Assembly: GCF_018350175.1 (NCBI RefSeq)
Contig: NC_058368.1
Span: 17,114,001 to 17,178,000, forward strand
From: Felis catus
Lineage: Eukaryota
Length of the DNA stretch: 64,000 bases
Reading direction: 5' to 3'
Under the pieces are notes generated by a model. It was not told where the DNA came from. It made no database searches and saw nothing but the letters and a program-made list of their open reading frames with translations. Below, piece after piece: positions 53,466-64,000 of the stretch (positions are counted from its first letter, which is position 1; the number at the start of each line of letters is the position of its first letter). Both the position numbers and the translations under genes were made by a program.

Positions 53466-54236
53466 AATGAATGAAATGGTAATGAAATGGTTCTACATAT
53501 TATGTATGTATTGTGTATGTATTATGCTTTTGACACATCTCTGCTGCGTTTCATAATTACTTTGAACCCAATATATCCAAAGCTTCAATCATTAGGTTAT
53601 TCCCAAAGTTAGCCATCCTTGCACCTGCAGTTAGTGATTGTATTACTTAGAGAACAAAACTGAACATGTATGGTAGAAATAAAAGTTAAACTGCTATCCC
53701 ACAAGTCAGAGGGCTCTGTCTGACTTCTGTGCTATTATATTAAATACCTCATGAAACCCCAAGGTAAACAACTGAGATTGGAGAATGTGGCTTATGAAAT
53801 AAATCTATATAAGGAATGAATTCAGATTCATTGTGTCTTCAGACAGGCCATACTTTCAATCACTCATGGGTAAGAAAGGAACAAAAAGGAACACTGGAGA
53901 CACCTTTTAAAGAGGGGGCCCTGTGCATGTCGACTTAACACGTGGGAACAGGAGGTAAAAGGAAATATGTTTGTAGAATAACTTCTCTCCTTGGTAAAGC
54001 ATGGCTGAGTGAATATTAAGTCCTAAGTTAAATTATCAACTCCTCTTGCTTGGAGGAAAAGCCAAAAAGGTATGAAAAGAAAGGTAGGAAGATCTCTCTC
54101 TTCATGGGCCAGAGGGTTGATGTAGAGGAAAGAGTTCCTGAATCTTCCTCACAATTGAAGTCATCCTTAATATCAATAATGTGTTAACATCTTAAAACTT
54201 AATTATCCATTTCATCAAACTTGCTTGGTAAGCACT

Positions 54237-54271
<35 letters not shown>

Positions 54272-54299
54272 CTCTTTCTTTCTTCTTTCTGTGACAATT

Positions 54300-55075
54300 T
54301 TTTGTCTGGTTGAGGAAGCTTTCCTCCATTTATTGTTTGTTGAGAGTATTTATTCTGAATCAGTGTTGGATTTTTTTCAAATGCTTTTTAAATATCTATT
54401 TATATAATCACACTTTTTTTTCTTTTTTTTTTAGCTTACTTGAGATCTAATTGATATATAAACATTGGACACATTTAATGTCTACATCCTGATGAGTGTG
54501 GACATATGCATATAATCATGATCCTATCACAGCAACCAAGGTACTACACATATTCATCAATCACATTGTTTTATTTATTCAATATAATGAATTATATTAA
54601 TTGACTTACAAATGTTGAACCAATCTTGTGTTCTTGCAATAAACTTCACTTGGTTGTGGTATATGATTCTTTTATATATTGCTGGATTTGATTTGCTAAC
54701 ATTTGTAGAACATTTTTGCATCTGTGTTCATAAAAGATACTGGTCTGTAGCTTTCCTCTCATGTAATGTCTTTATCTCATTTTAGTATTATAGTAATTCT
54801 AGCCTCATAGCATGAGTATTCCCCCTTGCTTCTATTTTCTGCAACAGATTGTACAGAATTGGGATAATTTCTTCCTTAAATGTTTGGTAGACTTCAACAG
54901 TGGTACCATCTGGGCCTGGTAATTTCCTTCTTGGTAGGTTTTTAATTATTGATTCAACTTCTTGAGTAGTAGAGTTCTATTCATATGACCTATTTTTCCT
55001 TGTATGAGCCTTGTTACTTAGTAGCACTCAATGGATAGAGCAATTTCATCTAAGTTGTCAAATTTGTGGGCATTA
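54300..55075 (-). mobile_element. Old L1 ORF2 fragment, with a short L1 3' end at ~54415-54560
   Basis: gctggatttgatttgctaac...tttttgcatctgtgttcat...ccatctgggcctgg (antisense ORF2). Confidence 0.75.
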
Positions 55076-55596
55076 AAGTTTTCACCAGAGTACACATCTG
55101 TGTGACTATTCTGTGGAGCCAGAATTAGATTCAGTCACTTCGGAGTAGCAAAACTACTTTTTTTTTTCTTTAATCCATAAGTTGACTCGGATGGGATTCT
55201 AGGTTTTAGAACCAGTAATATGCAAGAATAATCAAGAGGTTTAATTAATTGCCAAAGGTGAATTATTTGACCATGTATCTTTGCAAAAGAGTTATACTCT
55301 GCTGAAAAGAATAATGTTCTAGCCAGTAGAAGCACATCAGTCAGTCAAGTGACTATATACATAGCTATTTCACTCAACCAGTCTCCAAGGTCCATTCAAA
55401 GGTGCTTGAAGTATTTTAAATTAAGGCTTTAGATTTAAAAAGCCATTATGTGTAGAATACTTTATTACAGAAGAAGAAACTAGAATTATCCACATGATAA
55501 TGGATTAGTGTTGGAGACATAAGTTTGACCTCATGTGTAGCTTAATATAAATACATCTGGTTACATATAGAAATATTCATGGAAATATGCATACAC

Positions 55597-55680
55597 AGGA
55601 ATCTACCCCCGAACCAAGAGCATACCGTATACACTGTATGTTAGCTAACTTGACAATAAATTATATCTTAAAAAAAAGAA
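55597..55680 (+). mobile_element. 84-bp felid L1 3' end
   Basis: ggaatctacccccgaaccaagagc...gttagctaacttgacaataaa matches the reverse complement of 51240-51303. Confidence 0.85.
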
Positions 55681-55684
55681 TTTT

Positions 55685-55929
55685 GGGGCGCCCGGGTGGC
55701 GCAGTCGGTTAAGCGTCCGACTCGCGGTCCGTGAGTTCGAGCCCCGCGTCACGATCTCGCGGTCCGTGAGTTCGAGCCCCGCGTCAGGCTCTGGGCTGAT
55801 GGCTCAGAGCCTGGAGCCTGTTTCCGATTCTGTGTCTCCCTCTCTCTCTGCCCCTCCCCCGTTCATGCTCTGTCTCTCTCTGTCCCAAAAATAAATAAAA
55901 AACGTTGAAAAAAAAATTAAAAAAAAAAA
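55685..55929 (+). mobile_element. Young SINEC_Fc-type SINE with internal 31-bp duplication
   Basis: TSD AAAAGAATTTT; B-box segment present twice. Confidence 0.95.
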
Positions 55930-56262
55930 GAATTTTAATATAGTGAATTACATTGACATAGTTTTAAAAGTTAAACCAGTTTGAGGCTCTGATGATAAAA
56001 CTCTCCTGTCATGTTGTATTATCAATTTTAGATATTGCTGGAGTTGCTTTACTAAAATTTCATTGAATTTTTAAATCTAAAAAAAAACAAAAAGCAAAGA
56101 TATATGCATATACTTGACTTAGTTTATACACATATATCTTTTTGCTTTGTCATTTGATGGAGCCCCAAATCAATGACATCCTGTTAGTAAGGAAAATATC
56201 TGTCTTTGGAGTAATTCGTATTCTAGAACCAGGCAAAAAATACACAAGATAAGCCTGGAACA

Positions 56263-56473
56263 TTTTTTTAGTATTGATATATTTATTTTGAGAGACAGAG
56301 GCAGAGACAGAGACTGAGCAGGGGAGAGAGAGAGAAGCAGACAGAGAATCCCAAGCAGGCTCCCTGCTGTCAGCATAGAGCCCAACACAGGACTCGAACC
56401 CATGAACCGTGAGATCATGACCTGAGGAAATCAAGAGTTGGACGCTTAACCGACTGGACCACCCAGGTGCCCC
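56263..56473 (-). mobile_element. CAN-SINE
   Basis: TSD AAGC(C/T)TGGA(A/G)CATTTT. Confidence 0.92.
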
Positions 56474-57377
56474 AAGCTTGGAGCATTTTGAAATGCCAGA
56501 ATGTTGGAGAAATTATGGGAGTATAGCAAAGAAACACAGAAGTCAATTAAAAGAGATACCCATGGCAAAAGCTGGAAAAATTTGAGCAACAAAATTAAGT
56601 AGCTTTGGGCTATACCCCGAAGTCCATATTGATAGTAAGTAAATGGTTGAAAAAAGTAAACACATAGGGGAGAATAGACAAATACCCAGTGCAGGAAAAT
56701 TCTAAATAATCTATATAGACTTTCTCCTCTCAAGTAGGTGGAGCAGAACTTCCCACTCCTTAAGAGTAGACTGCACTAGGGACTCCCTTCCAAAGAGGAC
56801 AATATGGAGTGGTGAAAAATAGTACCTTTTACAGTGGAAAAACTTGACCAAAAAATGATCTCAGCCAGGTGAGCATCAACAGTGATAAGTCATGTTATAC
56901 ATATGCATATGTGATGATAGGATATGAATGGCACTTTTTTCCAGTGGTCTTCCTCCTCAAAACACATAAGTCTACTCATAAGAATTATCAGAAAAATTGT
57001 CATTGAGGGACATTCTGCAAAATATTTGGCTGGTGATCCTAACAGGTGAAGTCATCAAAAACAAGACAATTTTGAGAAACTAGAAACTATCACAGCTAAT
57101 AGGGGCCTAAGAAGATATGACAACTAAATATAATGTGTATCCTGGATGGAATACTGGAGCAGAAAGTGGACATTAGATAAAAATTAAGGAAATCTGAATA
57201 AATGATTGACTTTAATTAATAACAATGTATCAATATTGGTTCACTGATTGTAACAAATGTACAAAACTAATATTAGATGGAAACAATAGAGGAATCTGAG
57301 TGTGTGTATATGGAAACTCTTTCTATTGCCTTTATAATTTTTCTGTAAGTCTACAACTATTCTAAAATTAAAAGTTT

Positions 57378-58286
57378 AGTATCCAAAATATATAAAGAAC
57401 TCACTAAACTCCACACCCAATAAACAAATAATCCAGTGAAGAAATGGGCAGAAGACATGAATAGACACTTCTCTAAAGAAGACATCCACATGGCCAACAG
57501 GCACATGAAAAGATGCTCAACGTCGCTCCTCATCAGGGAAATACAAATCAAAACCACACTCAGATATCACCCCATGCCAGTCAGAGTGGCTAAAATGAAC
57601 GAATCAGGAGACTATAGGTACTGGAGAGGATGTGGAGAAATAGGAACCCGCTTGCACTGTCGGTGGGAATGCAAACTGGTACAGCCACTCTGGAAAACAC
57701 GGTGGAGGTTCCTCAAAAAATTAAAAATAGATCTACCCTATGACCCAGCAATAGCACTGCTAGGAATTTTCCCAAGGGATACAGGAGGGCTGATGCATAG
57801 GGGCACTTGTACCCCAATGTTTATAGCAGCACTTTCAACAATAGCCAAATTATGGAAAGAGCCTAAATGTCCATCAACTGATGAATGGATAAAGAAATTG
57901 TGGTTTATATACACAATGGAATACTACTTGGCAATGAGAAAGAATGAAATATGGCCTTTTGTAGCAATGTGGATGGAACTGGAGAGTGTGATGCTAAGTG
58001 AAATAAGTCATACAGAGAAAGACAGATACCATATATTTTCACTCTTATGTGGATCCTGAGAAACTTAACAGAAGACCATGGGGGAGGGCAAGGGGGAAAA
58101 AAAAGAGGGAAGGAGGCAAACCATAAGAGACTCTTAAAAACTGAGAATAAACTGAGGGTTGATGGGGGGTGGGAGGGAGGGGTGGGTGGGTGATAGGTAT
58201 TGAGGAGGGCACCTGTTGGGATGAGCACTGGGTGTTGTATGGAAACCAATTTGACAATAAATTTCATATTTAAAAAATTAAATTAA

Positions 58287-58290
<4 letters not shown>
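57378..58290 (+). mobile_element. Young felid LINE-1 3' fragment; uninterrupted 207-aa ORF2 C-terminus (57436-58059)
   Basis: [16 protein letters not shown]...[12 protein letters not shown]...[13 protein letters not shown]-rich 3' UTR; AATAAA. Confidence 0.96.
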
Positions 58291-58343
<53 letters not shown>

Positions 58344-58360
58344 CACACATATACACACAC
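58291..58360. repeat. (TA)n(CA)n microsatellite
   Basis: Seen directly in the sequence. Confidence 0.95.
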
Positions 58361-60033
58361 CCTTAGTGTGCAAGATTTGGGAACCACTGAATAATAATAT
58401 GTGATACCACTTCAGATTTTATTGTACTACATGCATATTTCATATGATAATACACAAACTATTTGCATACCGGTGTTTCTCTAGTACATAATACAGTGGC
58501 TGGCATATATTAAATTCTTTAAAATATTCATTTAATGGATATAAATAAAGTACTATGTGTACACATACTCATATCTTTTAACTTATACTCATGTAATTAT
58601 ATTTAATTATAATTTTCTATATGAAATGCTTTACCGGTATAATGTTAATTGAATCAGGTAGGTTTTTTTTCCCTAGATCTGGTAGAATTTAAAATGTATC
58701 CAACTGAAGTTCCCCAATCCACTCATATCAAAATTATACATTGGTAAGCAAACTATTTATTGTTCACAAACAAAATATTTGAAAAAAATTAAGTTGAAAT
58801 TTTGATATGAGTGTATTGGCAATGTTTAATACCTAAAAATGATCACTGGGCCACTCAAGGAGGAATTATTGTATGTAACACTATTTTTTATGGATTTCTT
58901 TTCAGTACTTGGCCTGTCAATGACTGCAAATACCTCCCTATGCCCACAGGTCTAATTCTCTTTGAATACAATTTCATGTTAATTAGAAGATTTGTTTTGA
59001 ACTATTTATGTCTATGTATACTTGATGTAGTCTTGAATTCTTCTGCTGTTTGTAATAAGTATTGATGCTTGCAAGTGTGCTAGTTAATATACATTATAAC
59101 CACTGTCATTTTATTTTAGTACCTATTTAAAAATGTTGCCTTTTGGTCTATGGCCACAGAGGCATTCCTGACAGGCACCTAAAGGGCTGGATACCAAAAA
59201 AGTATGTGCAATCTTTTCCTGATCTGGGCCAGTGGTACATTGATTCTGGTGGATGTTGAAAAAGTCTTGTCACACTTTATCTAAACTCCCTTTCTCTTTT
59301 GCTGAGGACATGCTTAGAACTTTGCCATTCTCTCTCCCTCTGCTCCATCTGTCTCTGTCTCTCTCTCTGTGTCTCTCTCTCTCTTTCCTTATTTGTATTT
59401 TGACAAATGTCTGGACCTCTCCTGTGTTTGAATCTTCAATCTGTGATGAAATCAGCAAGTTTGGGAGTCGTAATGAGCTATTTTAGTTTTTAAGTCACAA
59501 CATACTGTTTTATGAAAGTCGCAAAGAGTGATCTTTCTCCGCATTTCTATGGTAGTCCCTTACTGAATTAGTTGAAAGAATTAACCACAATTCAGTACTG
59601 TCACCATACAGTTACAATTTCAATTTCATTTAAATAACTTCACTGTTTTTTTTTGTTTTTATGTTTTTTCTTGTAGGCCAGGACTATGAAAAGAAACTGT
59701 CTTTCCTAAACTGCTATGGACAGTCTCTCTAATCCACTCACACCTGATGCATGACATACGGAACAGCCAGCTCTCAGACATGCTTAGATATTTGATACTT
59801 ACACGACTTTCATAGCATCTGTCTGCTCTCTGACCAGCTGCAGCTTACACCCACTGTCAAATAAGAGAGAAAAATGTTTACTGTGTCTTAACATGTGCCT
59901 TTTGCAGAGGACCACTTAACATTCATTCATTTATTAGAAGTTCAATGGACATTCACTGAATATCTACAATACATAAGGCATTGTCATAAGTGCTGTTGAC
60001 AGAAATGCAGAAAAACAGAAATAGCATTTTGGG

Positions 60034-60062
60034 TTGTTTTGTTTTTTTGAAGTTTATTTATT

Positions 60063-60101
<39 letters not shown>

Positions 60102-60272
60102 ACATGAGTGGGGGAGGGGCAGGGAGAGAGAGGGAGACACAGAATCCAAAGCAGGGTCCAGGCTCTGAGCTGTCAGCACAGAGCCCGATGCGGGGCTTGA
60201 ACTCACAGACTGTGAGATCATGACCTGAGCTGAAGTTGGATGCCCAACCGACTGAGCCACCCAGGCACCTCC
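60034..60272 (-). mobile_element. CAN-SINE
   Basis: TSD AAATAGCATTTTG. Confidence 0.94.
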
Positions 60273-60513
60273 AAAAATAGCATTTTGATCTACTTCATCC
60301 AACACTTAAAGGCTCATTCCAATTTATGTTCACAGATACTAATGAAATAAGCATGGATTAAGAACATTTTGTATGCACATTTTGCTAATAGCTATCATAT
60401 GCTTTGCTAATCCTTCCAAACTTTCTCTGGGCTCATTTGAATAATAATTAGCTACATTTTAGAACTTTGGGGCTGGGATTCCTGGCACTACACCTGGGGA
60501 TCCAGAAGGAGCT

Positions 60514-60735
60514 TTTTTTTTTTTTAATTTTTTTTTTTAACATTTATTTATTTTTGAGACAGAGAGAGAGCATGAACGGGGAAGGGTCAGAGAGAGGGAG
60601 ACACAGTATCTGAAACAGGCTCCAGGCTCTGAGCTGTCAGCACAGAGCCCGACGCGGGGCTCGAACTCACGGACCGCGAGATCATGACCTGAGGTGAAGT
60701 CGGCCGCTTAACCAACTGAGCCACCCAGGCGCCCC
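60514..60735 (-). mobile_element. CAN-SINE
   Basis: TSD TCCAGAAGGAGCTTTT. Confidence 0.95.
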
Positions 60736-61229
60736 TCCAGAAGGAGCTTTTAATAAACCCTGGTCTGATGTCTGTCAAATGTCAGGCTGGCAGTGAAGGG
60801 GAAGAAGAGAACAAGAGATCCAACCTCCATCCCAGAGTGACACCAAGTGAGACAACTTCCCAGGCTGACTCTCGGCTGAAATCAACACGCAGTCTAAAAA
60901 GGTAGGCAGACTGCAGCTGTAAGAGTGAAAAGTGAATGTGCTGGTCATGTCAGATGGAAACACTAAGGAATGCGGGCGAATCATGAGTCCCAGTCCCGGG
61001 GCATGAGGCTGGCAGGAGCAGGACAAGAGATACAGGCCCTGGCCTATTATGTAGGCAGTCAGATGATTTCCTTGGGTACCAGCAGAGGTATGAAGAAGTG
61101 CCTGTTGACTGGATTCTGCCTCCCAATAGTCCCCATCATGATATGCTCCATCACGTCAAATAAAAAGAAAAGCATATGTTCACAACAAATTTACACAAAT
61201 ATTGGCAGCAGTTTTGGCATAATATCCAA

Positions 61230-62105
61230 ATAAGAAATAGAGCCCCGCTATCTATCAATAAGAGAATACAAAAAACAAATTGCAGCAGATCGATATAACC
61301 AAATACTACTATGCAATTAAAAGCTATGAACTGCTTCATACAGATGACATTAGTGAATCACCAAAACACTGAGGTGTAAATAAAGCCAAACTCAGAATGC
61401 TGTATGTCATATGACCACACTTATGTGAACTCCCATAAGGGGCAAAACTAATCTTTGATGGAAAAAAAATTAGTCTAGCAGTTAGGACCTAGTGGCAGGA
61501 TTGACTTTAGAAAGGGGCATAAGGAAACTTTCTAAACACTGGTAATGTTCTATACCTTGATTATACTTTGTTGGCAAATATGTACGCACTTGTCAACACT
61601 CAGCAAATGTATGCTTAAGGTTGTACATTCTCTTCCATGCAAATTTTATATTACAAATGTTCACAGTATTAAGCTCTAGTTAATCATTTGTGTGCCAAAG
61701 TAGGGAAAAGTATACTGATGTCTGTATTTATGTTATGTTTTTTATATTTTTTTAATGTTTATTTTTGAGAGAAAGAGAGGGAACACAAGCATGGGAGGGG
61801 CAGAGAGAGAGGGAGACAGAGAATCTGAAGCAGGCTTCAGGCTCAGAGTTGTAAGCACACGGACTGATGTGGGTCTCGAACTCACCAACCGTGAGATCAT
61901 GACCTGAGACGAAGTCAGTTGCTTAACTGACTGAGCCACCCAGCCACCCCTGTATTTATTTTAAAATGCATCATCAATAAGATGATATGGCAAGTATAAT
62001 AAAATGATAAATGGTAGAAACTAGGGGTAGACACAGATGTCCTCTACAAACTTCTTTCAACTTTGCAGTATGTTTTCGAAATTTTTCATAACATATGTTG
62101 GAAAA
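61230..62105 (+). mobile_element. Old L1 (L1ME/MC-like) 3' end, SINE-interrupted
   Basis: aggggcataaggaaactttc...ggtaatgttctatacc; ctttcaactttgcagtatgtt...aaatttttcataa. Confidence 0.7.
61737..61950 (-). mobile_element. CAN-SINE
   Basis: TSD CTGTATTTAT. Confidence 0.92.
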
Positions 62106-62537
62106 AGTGGCCTTGTAAAAAATGAAATTATTGTGTTAATAGTCAAGTTTACTTTAATTTTCATATTTATTATTACACTGGCACTTTGAAAACTTAATTA
62201 TATAAAATTTTATTAGCTATCCTTCCAAAAAACTCTCCGATTGTTACTTCTTCATGAGAAAAGTTTTGAGATTCAAAAAATAAAGTGCTCAGTTTCTGTC
62301 TTTATCCAATGTCAGAATCTTAGAGTAAGTTGTGCCATAAAATGTCGCATGGTCCATTTTCCTACTCCAGCACTCTAAGGCAGAAAGAATCCTGATCCAA
62401 CAATGCCCTCCATAGGATGCCCATTAGGCCCGCATGTTTGGTGCTTCTGGCATTAAGAGAAACTTAAATCCCTTATACTTTAAGACCTGGACAGCACTAA
62501 TAACAGGAAAAACCAGTGAGGCAGAAAGCTAGGATAC

Positions 62538-62743
62538 GGGCATCTGGGTGGCTCAGCAGGTTGAGCGTCTGACTTCAGCTCAGGTCGTGATCTTGGCGTT
62601 GGTGAATCCAAGCTCCACATGGAGCTCTCTGCTGTCAGTGGGAGCTTGCTTTGAAACCCCTGTCCCTCCTCTGCTTACGTGCTCTCGTTCAAAAATAAAA
62701 AATAAAATATTACAAGGAAAAAAGTAAAAAAAAAAAAAAAAAA
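62538..62743 (+). mobile_element. CAN-SINE
   Basis: TSD AAAGC(T/C)AGGATA. Confidence 0.9.
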
Positions 62744-62793
62744 GCCAGGATATAGCAACTTTTCTCAAACTCTTCTTAAAACAGAAAGTGCAA

Positions 62794-63028
62794 AGACACC
62801 TGGGTGGCTCAGTTGATGACTGTCCGACTTCGACTCAGGTCACGATCTTGTGGTCCATGAGTTCGAGCTCTGCGACAGGCTCTGTGCTGACAGCTTGGAG
62901 CCTGGAGCCTGCTTCAGATTCTGTGTTTCCCTCTCTCTGTATGCCTCCCCCACTCGTGCTCTGTCTGTCTCACTCTCTCTCTCAAAAATAAATAAACGTT
63001 AAATGTTTTAAAAATTAAATTAAATAAA
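62794..63028 (+). mobile_element. CAN-SINE
   Basis: TSD AAAGTGCA. Confidence 0.92.
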
Positions 63029-63715
63029 AAGTGCATCCTGGAAAGATAATTTTGTTGGATCAAGAATATCAACTATCTTCATTTCAAATTAATTAATCTA
63101 ATTGACACCATTAATTACCAATACCTGTCATTTTTTAAAGAAGGTTTCAGTGAATAGCTTCTAACAAATTATTTCACAGGTATTGTTGATTAGTATTGCA
63201 AGTGTTTTATAGAAATGAGAAAAAATTTAAAAGAGAATCCAGAATAACTCAAATTTGTTATAGTGGCACCCAAATAACCAAATAAAAAACTCAGAAGTCC
63301 AGAAACAGTGATTTTCTTCAGATATTGAAATTCAACCACAATGTTTTGTTTTTCTCTGTTTTGTCCTAGTTAATTAAAATATTCAAAAACAATGTATTTT
63401 TCTCATCACTGATCAAATTATTTTTTCTGACTATAGATAGAATCATGCTGTTGGTAGGCTGATCTAAACATTTAGCAAGTTAAGAAAATGCCAGTACATT
63501 TCAATATATACAATGTAAAATAATACAATATTGCAATAATTATTTTCTCATCTCTAATATGGATTGTATAATAAGGTATACTTATTTTATATTTGATTTC
63601 AATCTACTCGCTATACCTTAACGTAATCTCTAATTCTTTTATCCAAAGATTTCCATTGAGTGCCTAACCCTGCCAAGCACTTTCTGGAGCTCCTCGTTTA
63701 GAAATTTAGCTTCCA

Positions 63716-64000
63716 GGGCACCTGGGTGGCTCAGTCGGTTAAGCGTTGGACTCTTGATTTCAGCTCACTTCATGATCTCATGATTCATGAGACTGAGCCC
63801 TGCGTCAGCCTTTGCACTGAGTCCGGAGCCTGCTTGAGAGTCTCTTCCTTTTTCTCAGTCCCTCCCCTGCTTGCGTTCTAAGTAAATAAATAAACATATA
63901 AAAAAAAGAAATTTGGGGTGCCTGGGTAGGTCAGTTGGTTAAACGTCCGACTTCAGCTAGGGTCATGATCTTACAGTTTGTGAGTTTGAGTCCTGCATCG
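63716..64000 (+). mobile_element. Two tandem CAN-SINEs (63716-63907; 63915 to window end)
   Basis: Two SINE heads; AGAAATTT before the first element and after its tail. Confidence 0.9.

Larger units (their letters stand above)
55440..57377 (+). mobile_element. Old L1MC/MD-like 3' UTR with later insertions
   Basis: catcaacagtgataagtcatgtt; ends ataatttttctgtaagtctacaactattctaaaattaaaag. Confidence 0.75.

Noticed and set aside
57436..58059. Longest ORF (207 aa) as a host gene
   Set aside because: It is the C-terminus of L1 ORF2 in a 5'-truncated copy. It has no EN or RT domain, the first knuckle Cys is changed (YRYWRGC), and an in-frame stop lies just upstream.
1667..62991. Recurrent small ORF family (VAQSVK...AQVMIS...SLEPASDSVSPSL)
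   Set aside because: These are translations of CAN-SINE copies, not a protein family.

Overview
Mammalian DNA from a cat (Felidae). The evidence is many CAN-SINEs of the felid SINEC_Fc type plus carnivore/felid LINE-1 3' ends. The window is AT-rich, gene-poor and dominated by transposable elements, so it is intronic or intergenic. It holds about 33 tRNA-derived SINEs, more than 12 truncated L1 copies, L2/MIR relics, MaLR/ERVL solo LTRs, MER20 and MER47/Tigger5-type DNA transposons, and many microsatellites. I recognise no host protein-coding gene, RNA gene, CRISPR array or prokaryotic system. The supplied ORFs are L1 ORF2 remnants, SINE read-throughs or chance frames. What stands out is retrotransposon mechanics readable from target-site duplications (TSDs): (1) a SINE-spacer-SINE cassette with nested, permuted TSDs, compatible with integration of a small circular DNA or with a SINE transduction (23147-23781); (2) a likely L1 3' transduction (55582-56113) hosting a young SINE with a duplicated B box; (3) twin-primed, 5'-inverted L1s; (4) a template-switch micro-inversion inside an L1; (5) five L1 copies that break at nearly the same ORF2 position. 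Family names come from recalled consensus sequences, not a database search, and boundaries of old elements are approximate.
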